Below, in pieces: positions 14,140-26,930 of a stretch of 64,000 nt of DNA (the first letter of the stretch is position 1; each line of letters opens with the position of its first letter). This stretch comes from the human T2T-CHM13v2.0 reference genome, Homo sapiens, in assembly GCF_009914755.1 (NCBI RefSeq), contig NC_060946.1. The stretch is one strand, 5' to 3'. The position numbers were made by a program, and so were the translations under genes. Below the pieces are notes generated by a model. The model ran no database searches. It saw only the letters and a program-made list of their open reading frames with translations, and was not told the origin of the DNA.

Positions 14140-15580
14140 CCATACATCATCACTGTCACACACACATGCACAGATACATGCACACACACCATCACTCACA
14201 CACACACATATTCATACACACACCTGTGCATGTACTCATACGCACTCACACCATCACTCACACATATATTCACACACACACATGCACAGATACAGGCATA
14301 CACACCATCACTCACACACACATATATTCATACACACACACCCCTGTGCATATATTCACACACACACCACTCACACCCATATATTCACAGATACATGCAC
14401 ACACACCATCACTCACACACACATGTATTCATACACACACACTCACCTGTGCATATACTCACACATACACCATCACTCACACACATATATTCACACACAC
14501 ACATGCAGATATTCACATGCACACACACCATCATTCACACACACATATATTCATACACACCTGTGCATGTACTCATACACACTCACACCATCACTCACAC
14601 ATATATTCACACACACACATGCACAGATACAGGCATACACACCATCACTCACACACATATTCATACACACACACACCTGTGCATATACTCACACACACTC
14701 ACACCATTACTCACACACATATATTCTCACACATACATACATGCACATATACTCGCATACACTCACACCATCACTCACATATACATATCACACACATGCA
14801 TATACTCACACACACCTGCATATACTTGCATACCCACACCATCACTCACACACATATATTCGCACATATATTCACACACACATGCACATACACTCACACA
14901 CACACACCTGCATATACTCACACATTCACACCATCACTCAAATATATTCACACACACATACATGCAGATACATGCACACACACCATCACACACATATATT
15001 CATACACACACCTGTGCATATACTCACACTCACACCATCACTCACACACATATATGCACACACACCTGCATATACTCAAACTCACACACGTGCATATACT
15101 CACACATTCACACCATCACACACACATATATTCACTCACACACATGCACATATACACACACACCTGCATATACTCACACTCACACCGTCACTCACACATA
15201 TATATTCACACACACCTGCATATACTCATTCACACCATCAATCACATACACATATATTCACACACACATGCATGTACTCACACATCTCTCACACACATAC
15301 ATTCACATACATATGCACATATACTCACATACACCATCACTCACACACACATATATTCACACACACACATGCACATATACTCACACACACCATATCTCAC
15401 ACATATATTCACACACACCTGTGCATATACTCACATGCACACACACTTGTACATATAATCACACACACACCATCACTCACACACATATACACCCATTCTC
15501 TTGCATATATATTCACACACACTTGCATATACTGTCATACACACCATCACACACACTTGCACATACCCCATCCACACAGC
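14140..15580. repeat. 1.4-kb complex (CA)-rich low-complexity repeat
   Basis: Reiterated modules cacaccatcactcacacacatatattcacacacacatgcac / cacctgtgcatatactcac. Confidence 0.97.
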
Positions 15581-15949
15581 CATTCCCACCTTCTCCACTT
15601 TCCTAACCTCCAATTTCTCCTTCCACCTCCTGCTTTACTGACAACCTTACCTCTTATTTAACAGAGAAAACAGAAACAACTAAAAGACAGCATTCCCATT
15701 CCCCACACCCACTTGCAGCTGGCCTGGCTCCATCCCCACATGAGACAGGTGCCTCCTGTCCTGTTGTAAGGGATCAAGGGATGAACCTCCGTGATCCTAC
15801 CTATGGCCAGGTGGGGCCACGTGATGCACATGACCCTGACCCTGTCCCCAGGCAAGGAAGTGCTCCTGCCCGTCCTACTCCCTCTCAGGTCACCCCATGA
15901 AGATGAGCTGTCTCAGAAATAGAACCTCCCTCCTTGCCTCACCTCTTCC

Positions 15950-17260
15950 TCCAGTCACCCATTCCCTTGCACTGAAATCCCCTCAAGATTATCTCCAATG
16001 TGTCCCCCTCTCTTAAAACGTCTCCAATCACTTTTGTCCACACTACTGCACAAACACTGTTCTTGTCAGCATGACCAAAGACTTCCACCTTGTCAAACCC
16101 AAGGGCCACTTCTCAGTCCTCATCTTGCTGTCCCAGCAGCCGCCTTTGACACAGCTGCTTGGCCCTTCTTCCTTGAGGCACTTTTGCTACTTAGCTTCCA
16201 GAGCCAATGCTCTCTCTCCTTCTTCTCCAGCCTCCTTGGAGTCTCCTTCTCAGTCTCCCTTGCTAGTTCCTCCTCCTCCTCCCATCTCTAAGCCTGGAGC
16301 ATTTTAGGACTCAGTCCTCAGCCCTCTCTGCTTCTCTGACCACACTAACTTCTTGGTGGTTCACTCCTGTGGCTTCAATGTCCCACTGATGACTCCCACA
16401 TGTCTGTCTTGAGCCCTGGACTCTTCTCAGAGCCCAGCTTAGAATATCCAGCTGCCCATTTGATGTCCCCCTTGAGACTCTAACAGACATCTCAGGTTTA
16501 CCAAACCCAAGCTGCTCTACCCACAGTCTCCCATCCCAATAAATGGTAAATCCATTCTACTGGATTCCTTTTTGTTCACATCCCATATGCAGTATATCAG
16601 GAGAGCCCATCAGCCCCTCCCTCCAGACCATTTCCACAATGCAATCATGTCTTACCACCCCCACCCCGCTTCTCCCCGCACTCCGGGTTAGTGCAAGCCT
16701 CCCGCTTGGTCCTCCAGCCTCCACACTTGACTCCACGAAGCAGCCAAGGAGTTTATGTTTAAATGTGAGTCTGAGCATGCCCTCCGTGGCCAAAACCCCC
16801 CAGGGCTCCCATTCCACTCGCTGTGACCCACCAGGCCACACCCGACTGGCTCCTGGCCACCCCCTGGCCGTGTCTCCCTCCACCTGCCCCCCACCTGCTG
16901 CTTTCTGGCCACACCAGACCCCACTGCTCCCCATGACTGCTCAGCCCCTCCCGCCTCAAGGCGCTGGCGCTTGCTGCTCCTTCTGCCTGGAACATTCTTC
17001 CCCCGACACTCACTGGCTCACTCCCTGGCTTCATTCAGGTCTTGGCCCAGAAACGCCCTCCCTAGTCACCATGCAAATTAGGACTCCTCACCCCCAATCC
17101 TCTTATCTTCTCTCCAAACTCCTCTTCAAATGGCATCACCTCCTTTTGTCTTTATGGTCCGTCTCCCCCTCTGAGAGCAAGGTTTGTTCATGGCCCCAGC
17201 TCTAGGACAGCATCTGGCACAGTGTGGACACTCAGTGAGTATCTGTTGGAATGAATGAAT
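15950..17260 (+). mobile_element. L2 LINE 3' portion
   Basis: gacttccaccttgtcaaacccaagggccacttctcagtcctcatc ... gttttgctcc/tgcctggaaca-type motifs; ends ctcagtgagtatctgttggaatgaatgaat. Confidence 0.75.
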
Positions 17261-19006
17261 CTGTCTCCTCCTCACCTGCCTGGAAAAGAGCCACGATCTG
17301 CAGAAGCCTCGTGTTATGTCTGCAAATACCTCCTCAGTCGACTGGCCCCTGCATTCAGGACCAATCCTGAGTGCAGTCATGATGACATTCAGTGTCAATG
17401 TCATGATGATTACAATAACATGATCTTCGCACAAACACGAACTGAACGGATGTCTGTTATGTGCAGAGCCCCATGCTTAACTCCATACCAGCCTCCTGAC
17501 TAGAGAACAGCTGACAACCAAAGAACATTGGCTAACATGGCCTCAGTATCCAAAACTGGGAATACTGAGTGCAGCCGAGAGGGAAAGGCACCGGCAGAAG
17601 CAAAGCCGGCTCCAGTGCCTCTGTCCTCCACTCCACCGCTCTGCCTGAAAGAGGGAGCCCCAGCCACTGACAGCGCCTGCTCTCATGGCCGGATAAAAAT
17701 CTCTGCACTTTGTCTGCTGCCAAAGCCAGATTTACCTCCTTTGGTAAAATGGAGGACATGAGCACGATGCGCTTTTTTAAAACCCCAGAGCAACCCATAT
17801 GGATCTCTAGCGTGAGCACCGGGAAGCAGCAACCTGGCAGCGAGCTCACACCCACCAGAGCGACGTCTCCAAGGCTCTTATCATTTGTCAGACTGAAGTT
17901 TGGCAAGGGCTGAAGAATTGAGCTGCAGATGGCGAGGCTTATCAAAGGCAACAAAGTTAGGGCCGTGGTGTCCAAGACTTGTCCCACACAGGGGAGGAGA
18001 GATGAAAAAGTAAGAAGAAGCAATAAAATGGCTAAGCTAAGGCTCCCGACAATAGTGACTGTGCACACCCCACCCCCTCCTCTCCCAGCCACGGTCTCCG
18101 GGCTCTGGGCTTCAGCCATGCTGACCGACTTTGAATTCACAAGTGTACTGGGGCTCTTCTCATCCGCTATGAGCTCCTATTTATAGATGGTCTGACCCCT
18201 GCTTTATCTGCCCCTTTTCACTCTGCCTCAGTTATGGGGCCTCTTCCTTCTTCCTTACATGCACCAAGCTTGCTCATGCCTCCCTCCCTGCCTTCGTTCA
18301 GGTCTCCATCCCACGCTGCCGCTGAGGCCTTCCTCACTCGCTTACTTGAAAGCGCGCCTTCATACTCTGCTGACCACTTGCTTCATTTTTCTTCTTAGCA
18401 TTCATCAACACCTGGACCATTTCCTATTTATTTCTGTAGCTGTTTATTCTCTTTCTTCCTCCTTTGAAATGTAAATTCCACAAAGCAGGAAGTTGGTTTT
18501 GTTTGCTGCCCTATCTTCAGGGCTCAGAATAGTGCCCAGACGCAGCGGATGCCCATAAGTATACATGCAGAGTGGATTCGCAGCCGTGTCTGCGGCCCTT
18601 CCCTGTCCTGCCACTGTCCACTCTGGGGCAGGATTCGGTATCTTCTCTTCTGGCTTTCCTAATTATCCCTCCATCCAGCCACGGGCAGAACCCTGACTTC
18701 CACCCTGCCATCTTAGTTTATTTCTGCCTGCACTTGGTAACTAGCTCCTTCCCCTGGGGGCAGGGGAGACCTGGTCCCTGCTCACCTGTCATTCCATTCC
18801 ACCCTTCAAATCCCCAGCGCCTGGCGGGAGGAGTACTCAGAGAGCCAAATCCACCAAGAGAGGGAAAAACCGCTGAACCGGTAACAAAAGGGGAAAGGTC
18901 CCTGCTTCTTGCAGCCTCCTCCAAACCAGCATGCTTCTCAGAAAAGAACATCTTGCCCCTAGTATCACCTGAGTCATTACCCATGGAGACCTAACTCCCT
19001 TCATTC

Positions 19007-19300
19007 CAGGTGTGGCAAACTACTGCCCACCACCTGATTTCGTACACCTGCAAGCTAAGAATGGTTTTTAACATTTTTAAATGGTTGAAAAAGAAATCAA
19101 AAGAAGGCTAATATTTCATGACATGCGAAAGTTATGTGAATTTCAAATTTCAGTATCCATAAATAAATTGTATTGGCACACAGCCACGCCCACTCATTTA
19201 CATATCGTCTAGGGACTGCTTTCCCTTCCAAGGGCTGAGTGGAATAGTTGGGAAGATATTTACTCCTGAGCCCTTTATGGAAAAAGTTCACTGACCCATA
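19007..19300. mobile_element. MER58B-like hAT-Charlie DNA transposon
   Basis: caggtgtggcaaacta...gctaagaatggtttttaacattttt...aatttcaaatttcagtatccataaataaa...cacagccacgcccactcatttac...aaaagttcactgaccc. Confidence 0.82.
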
Positions 19301-20294
19301 CTCCACTCCTCCACCCTATACACCATCCTCGCTTACTTACATCTGAGTGGGTGAGGAAGTTTCAGGAGAGTTCTTTGTGCACAAACACGAGGAAAAGCAC
19401 TGAAGATTTTAAAAGGAAACCAAAGCAACAGCTAACTATGCCTTAAGTTAAAGGCTCAGAGCCAGGAAATGGGCCTGCATGGTCCCAGAGAGTCTGGTCC
19501 CAACCCTCTTGCCCGTCTCCTGGCCAGAGACCTGGTCCCAGCCCCACTCTGCGCAGCCCCCGCTGAGCCTGGCGCTGATTCCAGCCTGACTCCCTGAGCC
19601 CTGCTCAGGGCCATATGCTAGCCCTGTGCGTGAGCAGGTGCTGCCCTCCCGGCACCCCCACTGCACCCCGGCCACCACCGCAGCACTGCAGAGCCTGGGA
19701 GCAGGATAGTCTCAGACCCTCTAGGTGTCCTTAGAGCCAGGTAGCTGCTTGGACCTCGGCATGATGGCTGAAGCAAGTTATCTAGGGGAGGACCATGAGA
19801 CCAAACCCACTGGGCTCTTCTGCCTGGAGAGCAAGGCTGGGGAAGGCAAGACAGAAAACTCTGAAGTTCCAAAGTGCGGCTGCATAAGCCAAGCCCGTTA
19901 CCTAACATTTAAAGCAAGGAAATGAAGCTCCATGTCACATAGGAGTGAAGTAAAAGAAGGAAGTGATCACTAAAAATAAAAATAACAAATTTTTGTAAAA
20001 AGTAATAGCAAGACAAAATATTCAATTAAAAAGATTTAGGTGAACTGATGAAGGGCAGAATTATAAATGTTACTAGAAGAAGCAGAGACTGTCTGACCTT
20101 TAAGATGAAAGCCGGAGAGTGGGGAAAATGAACCCTCTCCCAGGCAGGGTGGTTTGCCCACTGAAAGGCACATAACTGCTCTGGGCTGGAGCGACCCCCA
20201 CTGGACAATCCCAGTGTATCAAATCGCCTCTTTGCCTCCTTCCTCTCCACAAGGGACCTGAAGGGCAGAATGATGTAGTGACTAGTCACAGGTG

Positions 20295-20490
20295 CTGAAA
20301 TGAGGCTTCAAATCCCAGCTCCGCACCTGTTATTCAGGTAACCTGGGGAAAGCAGCCTGATTCCTCTAACTTCAGCTTCCTTGCCTGTGAAATGAGAATG
20401 AATAAGGATATAGGTGTGTGGTGTGTGCTTAAGATGAAAGGAGCTCATGTGTGCAGGTGCTTCACACACGGAACACGTTCAATAAATGGT
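20295..20490 (+). mobile_element. MIR
   Basis: ttcaaatcccagctcc...cttcagcttccttgcctgtgaaatgagaat...ttcaataaatggt. Confidence 0.7.
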
Positions 20491-20741
20491 GGTGAAATGA
20501 GAATTGCTGACTGGGATCAAAGGCTAAGAATAGAGATCCAAATAACCACACACCCATGTCAGGGAATATTAAGCGGCTGAAATGGCATTACTCTCCCCAA
20601 CCCCAGTCCCTCCTTCACCCCTCACCCTCCACAGCACCATTGCCCAGACTAAGAAAACAGAAGCCTAGAGATGGAGGAAGGTCTTGAATAGGCATGAGTC
20701 CAGAGCCAAGCCTAGGGCCTGGATCAATGAATAACTGTTAA

Positions 20742-21155
20742 GTGGATGGATGGATGGGTGGGTGAGTGGATGGATGGATGGGTGGGTGGGTGGATGGATG
20801 GATGATGAATGAATGGGACAGATGGGTGAACGGATGGGTGGGTGGATGATGGATAGATAGGTAAATGGATGAATGAATGGATGAAGGGATGAATGATGAA
20901 TGAATGAATGAATGAATGGGTTATGGATGCATGGATGGATGAACGGATGAATGGATGAATGATGAATGAATGAATGAATGAATGGATGGGTTATGGATGG
21001 ATGGATGGGTAGATGGATGGATGGATGATGGATAGATGGGTAGATGGATGAATGGATGGATGATGAATGAATGGATGGAAGGGCTATGGACAGATGGATG
21101 TGGGGATGGATGATGAAGGATGGATGGGTGGATGGATGAGTGGGTGGGTAGGTGG
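20742..21155. repeat. (GGAT/GAAT)n microsatellite
   Basis: ~410 bp of tggatgga/tgaatgaa. Confidence 0.97.
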
Positions 21156-23498
21156 GGAGATTGCAAGCCAAGACAATCCTTGTAGAGACAGGACAGGAAC
21201 CTGCAAAAAGGGTAGACAAGCATCTCATTTCCCAGTGGATTCAGTGATCTGCTCTGCACCTACCTGGGAAGAGGAACTGAGACTCAGACAGACACAGCAG
21301 AGCAAGGCAGAAGCAGCAGATGAAAGCAGCCTGAACACCTATTTTGGTATGGACGGGACTTGTGAATTTTCCATGGGTTAAGAGGACACCATGACAGGTA
21401 GAAATCTTGAGCTGTCCTGTTCCCAAGGGACTGCTCATCAGGGAAGGGGACCCAAGCAGCCAAAGGAAGTGAGCTGGACCACCAGGAGTGGGAGCTGAGG
21501 GGGTCCAGAGGGGGCTAAGTCAGGGCTGATCTTCCTCAACAGGAAACCATGAAGTTCAGAGGCCCCCAAAGCACTGTCCTAATTACTCCCCACGGACCCT
21601 ATAGGAGAGCTTCCCAGAGAGGACCCAGATAAGGGAGAGAGAGACATGCTCTCCTTCCCCAGCCCTCATCACAGACCCCATGATCTGGGGGAGAGAGGAA
21701 GCAGAAAGAAGGAGGGAGGTACAGCCAGTGAGCAGGCCCTACCCACTCCAGGGCCCTCGGGCTGGGAGGAGCTGAGAAGGGCGTGCTGAACCAGCCCCAC
21801 ACTTGAGGTTTAAACTGAACTCGCCTGCACTGGACCTGTTTAGACCTAAATGTGACCAGAGAGCCACCAGATCTGCTGAAGATATTCCTATGGGACAAGA
21901 GAGGGAGATTCAGCAGCTCCTGTTGGAGAAAACTGAGAGCTAAGAAATCAAATTGCTTCATATTTGTACCCCACTGAGTTCAGATGGTTCCATAAACTGC
22001 TAACCATGGATGCTATTATTACTCCAGAGTTCTTTGTTTAAAATTCTTTTTATAGCACTTTGAGCTCCAGGAAGGAAAACTGTGAACTCAAATAAATCTG
22101 ACCACCCAGGCTTTAAAGAAGATGAGAAAAGGCTGAATGTTTCCCCTCTGAAGCCCAGAATTCCCACTCCGCCTGGAAAACAATCCCTCTGGAGGCCTGG
22201 CACTAACGTGGCCCTTCCCGGAGGCAGGCCAAGCTTCTTCATGCCACAGCATAACCCGCAGATGAACTTAAACCTTCTACAATTTCATTCTTATTGGCTT
22301 CCGTGTAGCTGTTTTCTGTGCAGCTCCTCACCCGGAGCCACTTTTTCTCACCTGGCTTCTAAGAGAAGGGGGTCAGGAACCGCATCCCACCCGCCTGCCT
22401 GTAGACTGAGACTGAGTCCCAAGGGGAGGGGGCTTCGGGCACCCCCATGTCTTGGCTCAGCAGCAAGCGGAAGAGTTCAACACCCACGGCTGTCAGTCTG
22501 GCACCTTTCTGTCTCCACCACTAAATTCATTTTAAATTTAAGAAGTACAGATTTGAAATGAAACCATGAAAAAGGATTTCTCTTACAATAAACACATCAA
22601 TGCTCATTTTCCTTATTATTCTACTTTTGGCTATTTTGTATAAAATCTTTAATTAAAGTTTTTCTTTGAAATTGTCATTATCAACCCAGAAGAAAGGAAG
22701 GGGGAAAAAAGAACAACACAGCTGTGCAGATATGAAGCACTATTCAGGACTAAATGAACTGGAACGAAATAAGTAGCTTGACTGTTATGTTCTTAGTTTT
22801 GGCTCTGTATTCTCAATAGCACAGTCTAACTTGTCACTTTATATCGATTCCATCTGTTTACACTCTGCAGAGTATTGGCTTCCTACCGTGAACATTTCCT
22901 ATTTACCAGCTGGTAGAGATGCGCCAAACCAGATAGGAAAAAATTAGACTACATTCAGAACCTCATAAACACAAACTTCCAATCCGGGGACAAGCGGGAA
23001 GCGGGGGCCGGGCATCGCTCACCTTTCACAAAAGCCTCGCCTCCCTGCCTCTGGGCTGATGCTCTCATTGCTCTGGCAGTTGCCCTCGCAGGCCAAGGAC
23101 TACAAATTTCTTTACTGACCATAGGCATACCCTGCCTTTACCAAAAATCGAAAAAGCTTACTGAAAAAGATATCCAAATAAGATCCACAAAAATGGAGAA
23201 AAGAAAGCTGACCCCGAAAAAATGAGCTAAAGAAACCTAAAAGTCATAGTTGACACAATGAAGCAAAACTCTGGTTCAGGGTCTCCTTGCAGCCAAGATG
23301 AAGAGGGAAACTCGTGCTTATATAAAGTCCACAGGCCATGTAAACCTTCCCCCACATTCAATTTTTCATTTTTAAAATGCTTACCTGTAACGTATAGCTT
23401 ATAGACTTCTTTTAAGAAACTCTAGCTACCCATTGAGCTTACGATACAGCTATGAAAAGGTGCCCCGTCTATAAGCTGAGGGACTTACAAGGGTGCCA

Positions 23499-23645
23499 GG
23501 CTGGGTGCGGTGGCTCATGCCTGTAACCCCAGCACTGTGGGAGGCTGAGGCAAGAGGACTGCTTGAGGCTAGGAGTTCAAGACTAGCCTGGGCAATATAG
23601 TAAGACCCCATCTCTACAAAAAATTAGAAATTAAAATTTTAAAAA
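23499..23645 (+). mobile_element. Alu monomer (FLAM_C/AluJ left arm)
   Basis: Single arm followed by an A-rich tail. Confidence 0.88.
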
Positions 23646-25469
23646 GGGCTGCTGATCTATAAGAAATCTTTCCTTTCTTTCCTTTCTTTCTTACCCAGCC
23701 CACACTCATAGGATGGGTACTCCACCTCAGCTGCCACGGGCCAAGAATCTTGGGGCCCCTAAGAGCCCTGGCCTCAGCTCACTCACAGGACAGAGCTGCA
23801 CACCAGCAGGGGCAAGCCTGGAAGATCAGAAGCCACTATGCTGACCCAGCATCCTGCTGCTTATCTGGACCTCATGCAAGAGGATGCTGCTTTGAGAAAG
23901 ACAAACCGCAGAAGACTGTTCAGGTTACGTGAAAAGTTTCCCAGGCTGGGCCAATGCTGGGTACTGCCAAGTGGCTGTAGCACTTTGCCAAGAGCCTAGC
24001 CAGCCACAGACCACCTCACCTAAGAAATAGACCAGAATCACATTTTAGAGTAGAAAAAGACTTTGTCTGTCGTCTCCCCCAGCATTTCCCAAAATGGCGT
24101 TCCTCCAAACACAAGTTCTTCTGGATCTAGAGCTAAACAAACACATGCACGGAAAGGCTGGCTGCAGCAACATTCAATAGATTTCTATACAGCAGCCTCC
24201 TCTGAGCCTTCACTATGCTAACGTACATTGTGAATCCTCAAGGACTAGGGGAACAGCACTGGAGAAGCTGGGGCCGGCTCTGGGGGACCAAATCTGCAGG
24301 ACCTAGTGGTTAACTGTATGTAGAGGGTGAGGGAAAGGAAAGTCGAAGTGGCGCCCAGTTTCTGCCTTGGTGACCTGACTGGATAAGATCAACAATGTAG
24401 AATATGTTGCAGGTTTGGGGAGGAAGACTGTTAGCTCACTCAGTGCACACTCAGCTGGGAGTGCCTACGTCCTCCCCGTTCACCCCCGTAGACATCTTTC
24501 TTCCTGGCAAATTGATCCAGTTGGTGGGAGAACACCCACCCTGTGCCCTCCTGCCTGCCTTCTGTTCATTCATGAATTCCTAGACTTAATGAGCCCCTGC
24601 TATGTACACACCATCTGAAGTCTTACCCTTCCTCTAAGGCCTGGTTCAAACCAATCACCCTCCCTGGGTACCTCCCCAGTAGCCAATAGGGGTGACTTTC
24701 TCTTACAAAGTCTTAGAGAGTTTACTGTCCACATCTCTCAGCTGTCAGTATGAGCAACTTGTATCACTTTATTCCCTAACTCCTCCTGATCTAGGTGATA
24801 TACCGCCCAATAAACACATTTTTAAACCATCATAATGTGTTGCTTACGCTTGTGTCCCCAAGGTGATTTTAAGTTTCTGGAGGACAAGAATCAGGCCTTA
24901 GTCTTCTTTGTATCCCCAATAACCACATGGTGTCCCCACAACACTAGTAGGTGCTCAACAAATGCAGACGATGATGGTAAGAGGGTGACCGATGACTTCC
25001 AAGCCTGGTAACAGGTACGCCTGACTCCAGTTGCTTTCCCAGCAAATGCACCCATGATGCTGCTGACAGCACTCTCCTAAATACATCATAACCCCCTTAT
25101 CAGAAACCTTCAGTCATCCTCCTCCTGACCCATGCCGAAGGGTTAAAACCTGGCCTTCAAATGCATCTTTTCCGCCAGTCTACCTTTCAAAACTGATCTG
25201 TCCCAACTTGCCTTGAGAAACATAACTCTACAGAATAGCCGCAGGGCTTGTCTCCTTGCGGTGCTCTGGCCACAGCCCGGCTTCCCTCTCCTCATGTCCT
25301 TTTCTTAGGCCAGGTTGCAATTCTGAAAACTACCCCACATCTCTTCCCCTATCCCATCCTCAACGTGCATTGCAAGTCTATCTATGGTCCAAACTCAAGC
25401 TCCAATATCACCTTCCTCATCCAATTGTTCCTGGCTATTCCAAGGAATATGAACTTTTCTACAAAACTT

Positions 25470-26240
25470 TCTTTATTCATACAATAATTATTTACTGAGT
25501 GTATATCCGGCTCTAGGAACTGTTCAAGGCACTGAAGTTACCACAGTGGACAGGACAGAAAAGGTGCCTGCTCCCACAGAACACAGATCCCAGTCACAAA
25601 CAAGCAAACAAACAACATTTCAGAATGTTCTACGTGTTACGGAAAATGTACAGTTTTAGGGTAGTCAAAAGACATCTCACTAGAGAGCTCTCTCGGGCAG
25701 AGCTCTGAAAGCTGGGACATTTAACTGAAGTGTACTCGATGCACAAGCAAAAGACATGGGTATGTTCACCAGAGAAGTCTGACGGGCTCTGGCTTATGTT
25801 TTGAACGGATAACTCTGGCTGTTGTGTGGAATGCAGATTATAAGGGGCAAGAGAGGCAACGGGAAACCCAGCTAAGGAGTCACTGACAAAGCACAGGCCA
25901 GCAACAATGGTGGCTTAGGTATAATGATGGCAGTAGGGATGGATCAGAAGTGTCCGGGTTTGGGATCTAGTTCAGGATACAGTAGACATAACTTGCTGAC
26001 GGCCTGCATATGGGAGGGGCACTGGTAAGGGAGAGGTAATCAAGACTGGTCCTTGGTTTCTGCTTGAATGAATGATGAGTGGTAGAACCATTTACTGACC
26101 TGGGAGGAAGGATTCTTGGGGTGGGGCAGGAGGACAGTCACGAGTTACGTTTTTGTCTGTGGACACTGGTGAGTCTGGGGCCTCAGAAGGAGATATAAAC
26201 GTGGGCACCCTCAGCATATAGCCCTCTTATTCTTCCCCTA
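25470..26240 (-). mobile_element. L2 fragment
   Basis: ttcatacaataattatttactgag...; ggataactctggctgttgtgtggaat; acttgctgacggcctgcatatggg. Confidence 0.65.
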
Positions 26241-26259
26241 GTAGCTTTCAATCCTAGAG

Positions 26260-26605
26260 CAGCAGTCCCTAACCTTCTGGGTACCGGGGACCAGTTTTGT
26301 GGAAGACAATTTTTCCATGGGCCAGTGGGGAGGGGGTATGGTTTCGGGATGAAACTGTTCCACCTCAGACCATCAGACACTAGTTAGATGGTTCTCATAA
26401 GGAGCTTGCAACGTAGATCCTCGCATGCGCAGTTCACAATAGGGTTCGTGCTCCTATGAGAAGCTAATGCCGCTGCTGATCTGACAGGAGGCGGAGCTCA
26501 GGCGGTGATGCTCATTTGCCCACCGCTCACCTCCTGCTGTGCATTCTGGTTCCCGACAGGCCACCAACCAGTACAGGTCTGCAGCCTGGGGGATGGGGAC
26601 TGCTG
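26260..26605. mobile_element. MER1B hAT-Charlie DNA transposon, full length
   Basis: TIRs cagcagtccc / ggggactgctg; 8-bp TSD tcctagag / ccctagat; internal ggatgaaactgttccacctcaga...gctgatctgacaggaggcggagctcaggcgg. Confidence 0.93.
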
Positions 26606-26689
26606 CCCTAGATGATCGCATGCCATCCTTTAACTTCCCACGTAAGAACTCGCATGCTTTGTGTCCTCTAAATACAAACTCCTAATTTT

Positions 26690-26930
26690 GTTGAGTAACT
26701 TCTATGTGCCCAGCACTACGGTGAGTTCATTTTATATTTATTCTCACACAGAATCCCAATAACACTGAGAAAACCTTGCAATATTGTTCACCCAGTTCAC
26801 AGATGGGGAAAGTCTCGAAAGAGGCAAGACTAGCTTGCTCAGGATCACTCAGAGAGTCCGTGTTGGTGTTCAAATGCATGCTTGGACTTGCTAAGGCCAG
26901 AGCTCCAGACTGTACCCCCACACCATGCTG
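26690..26930 (-). mobile_element. MIR
   Basis: ttctatgtgcccagcact...cccagttcacagatggggaaagtc...ttgctcaggatcac. Confidence 0.65.

Noticed and set aside
14074-15661. 442-510 aa His/Thr-rich ORFs in three frames
   Set aside because: The CA-rich repeat simply lacks stop codons. Open in all + frames and antisense to the host gene.
16543-17205. 220-aa ORF
   Set aside because: Lies within decayed L2 sequence.
17532-18140. 202-aa minus-strand ORF
   Set aside because: Non-ATG start, no recognisable homology or splice support, and not needed for the EFCAB6 frame.
23100-23340. Lys-rich stretch suggestive of a second ribosomal-protein pseudogene
   Set aside because: No frame matched a protein I recognise; more likely an old L1 remnant.
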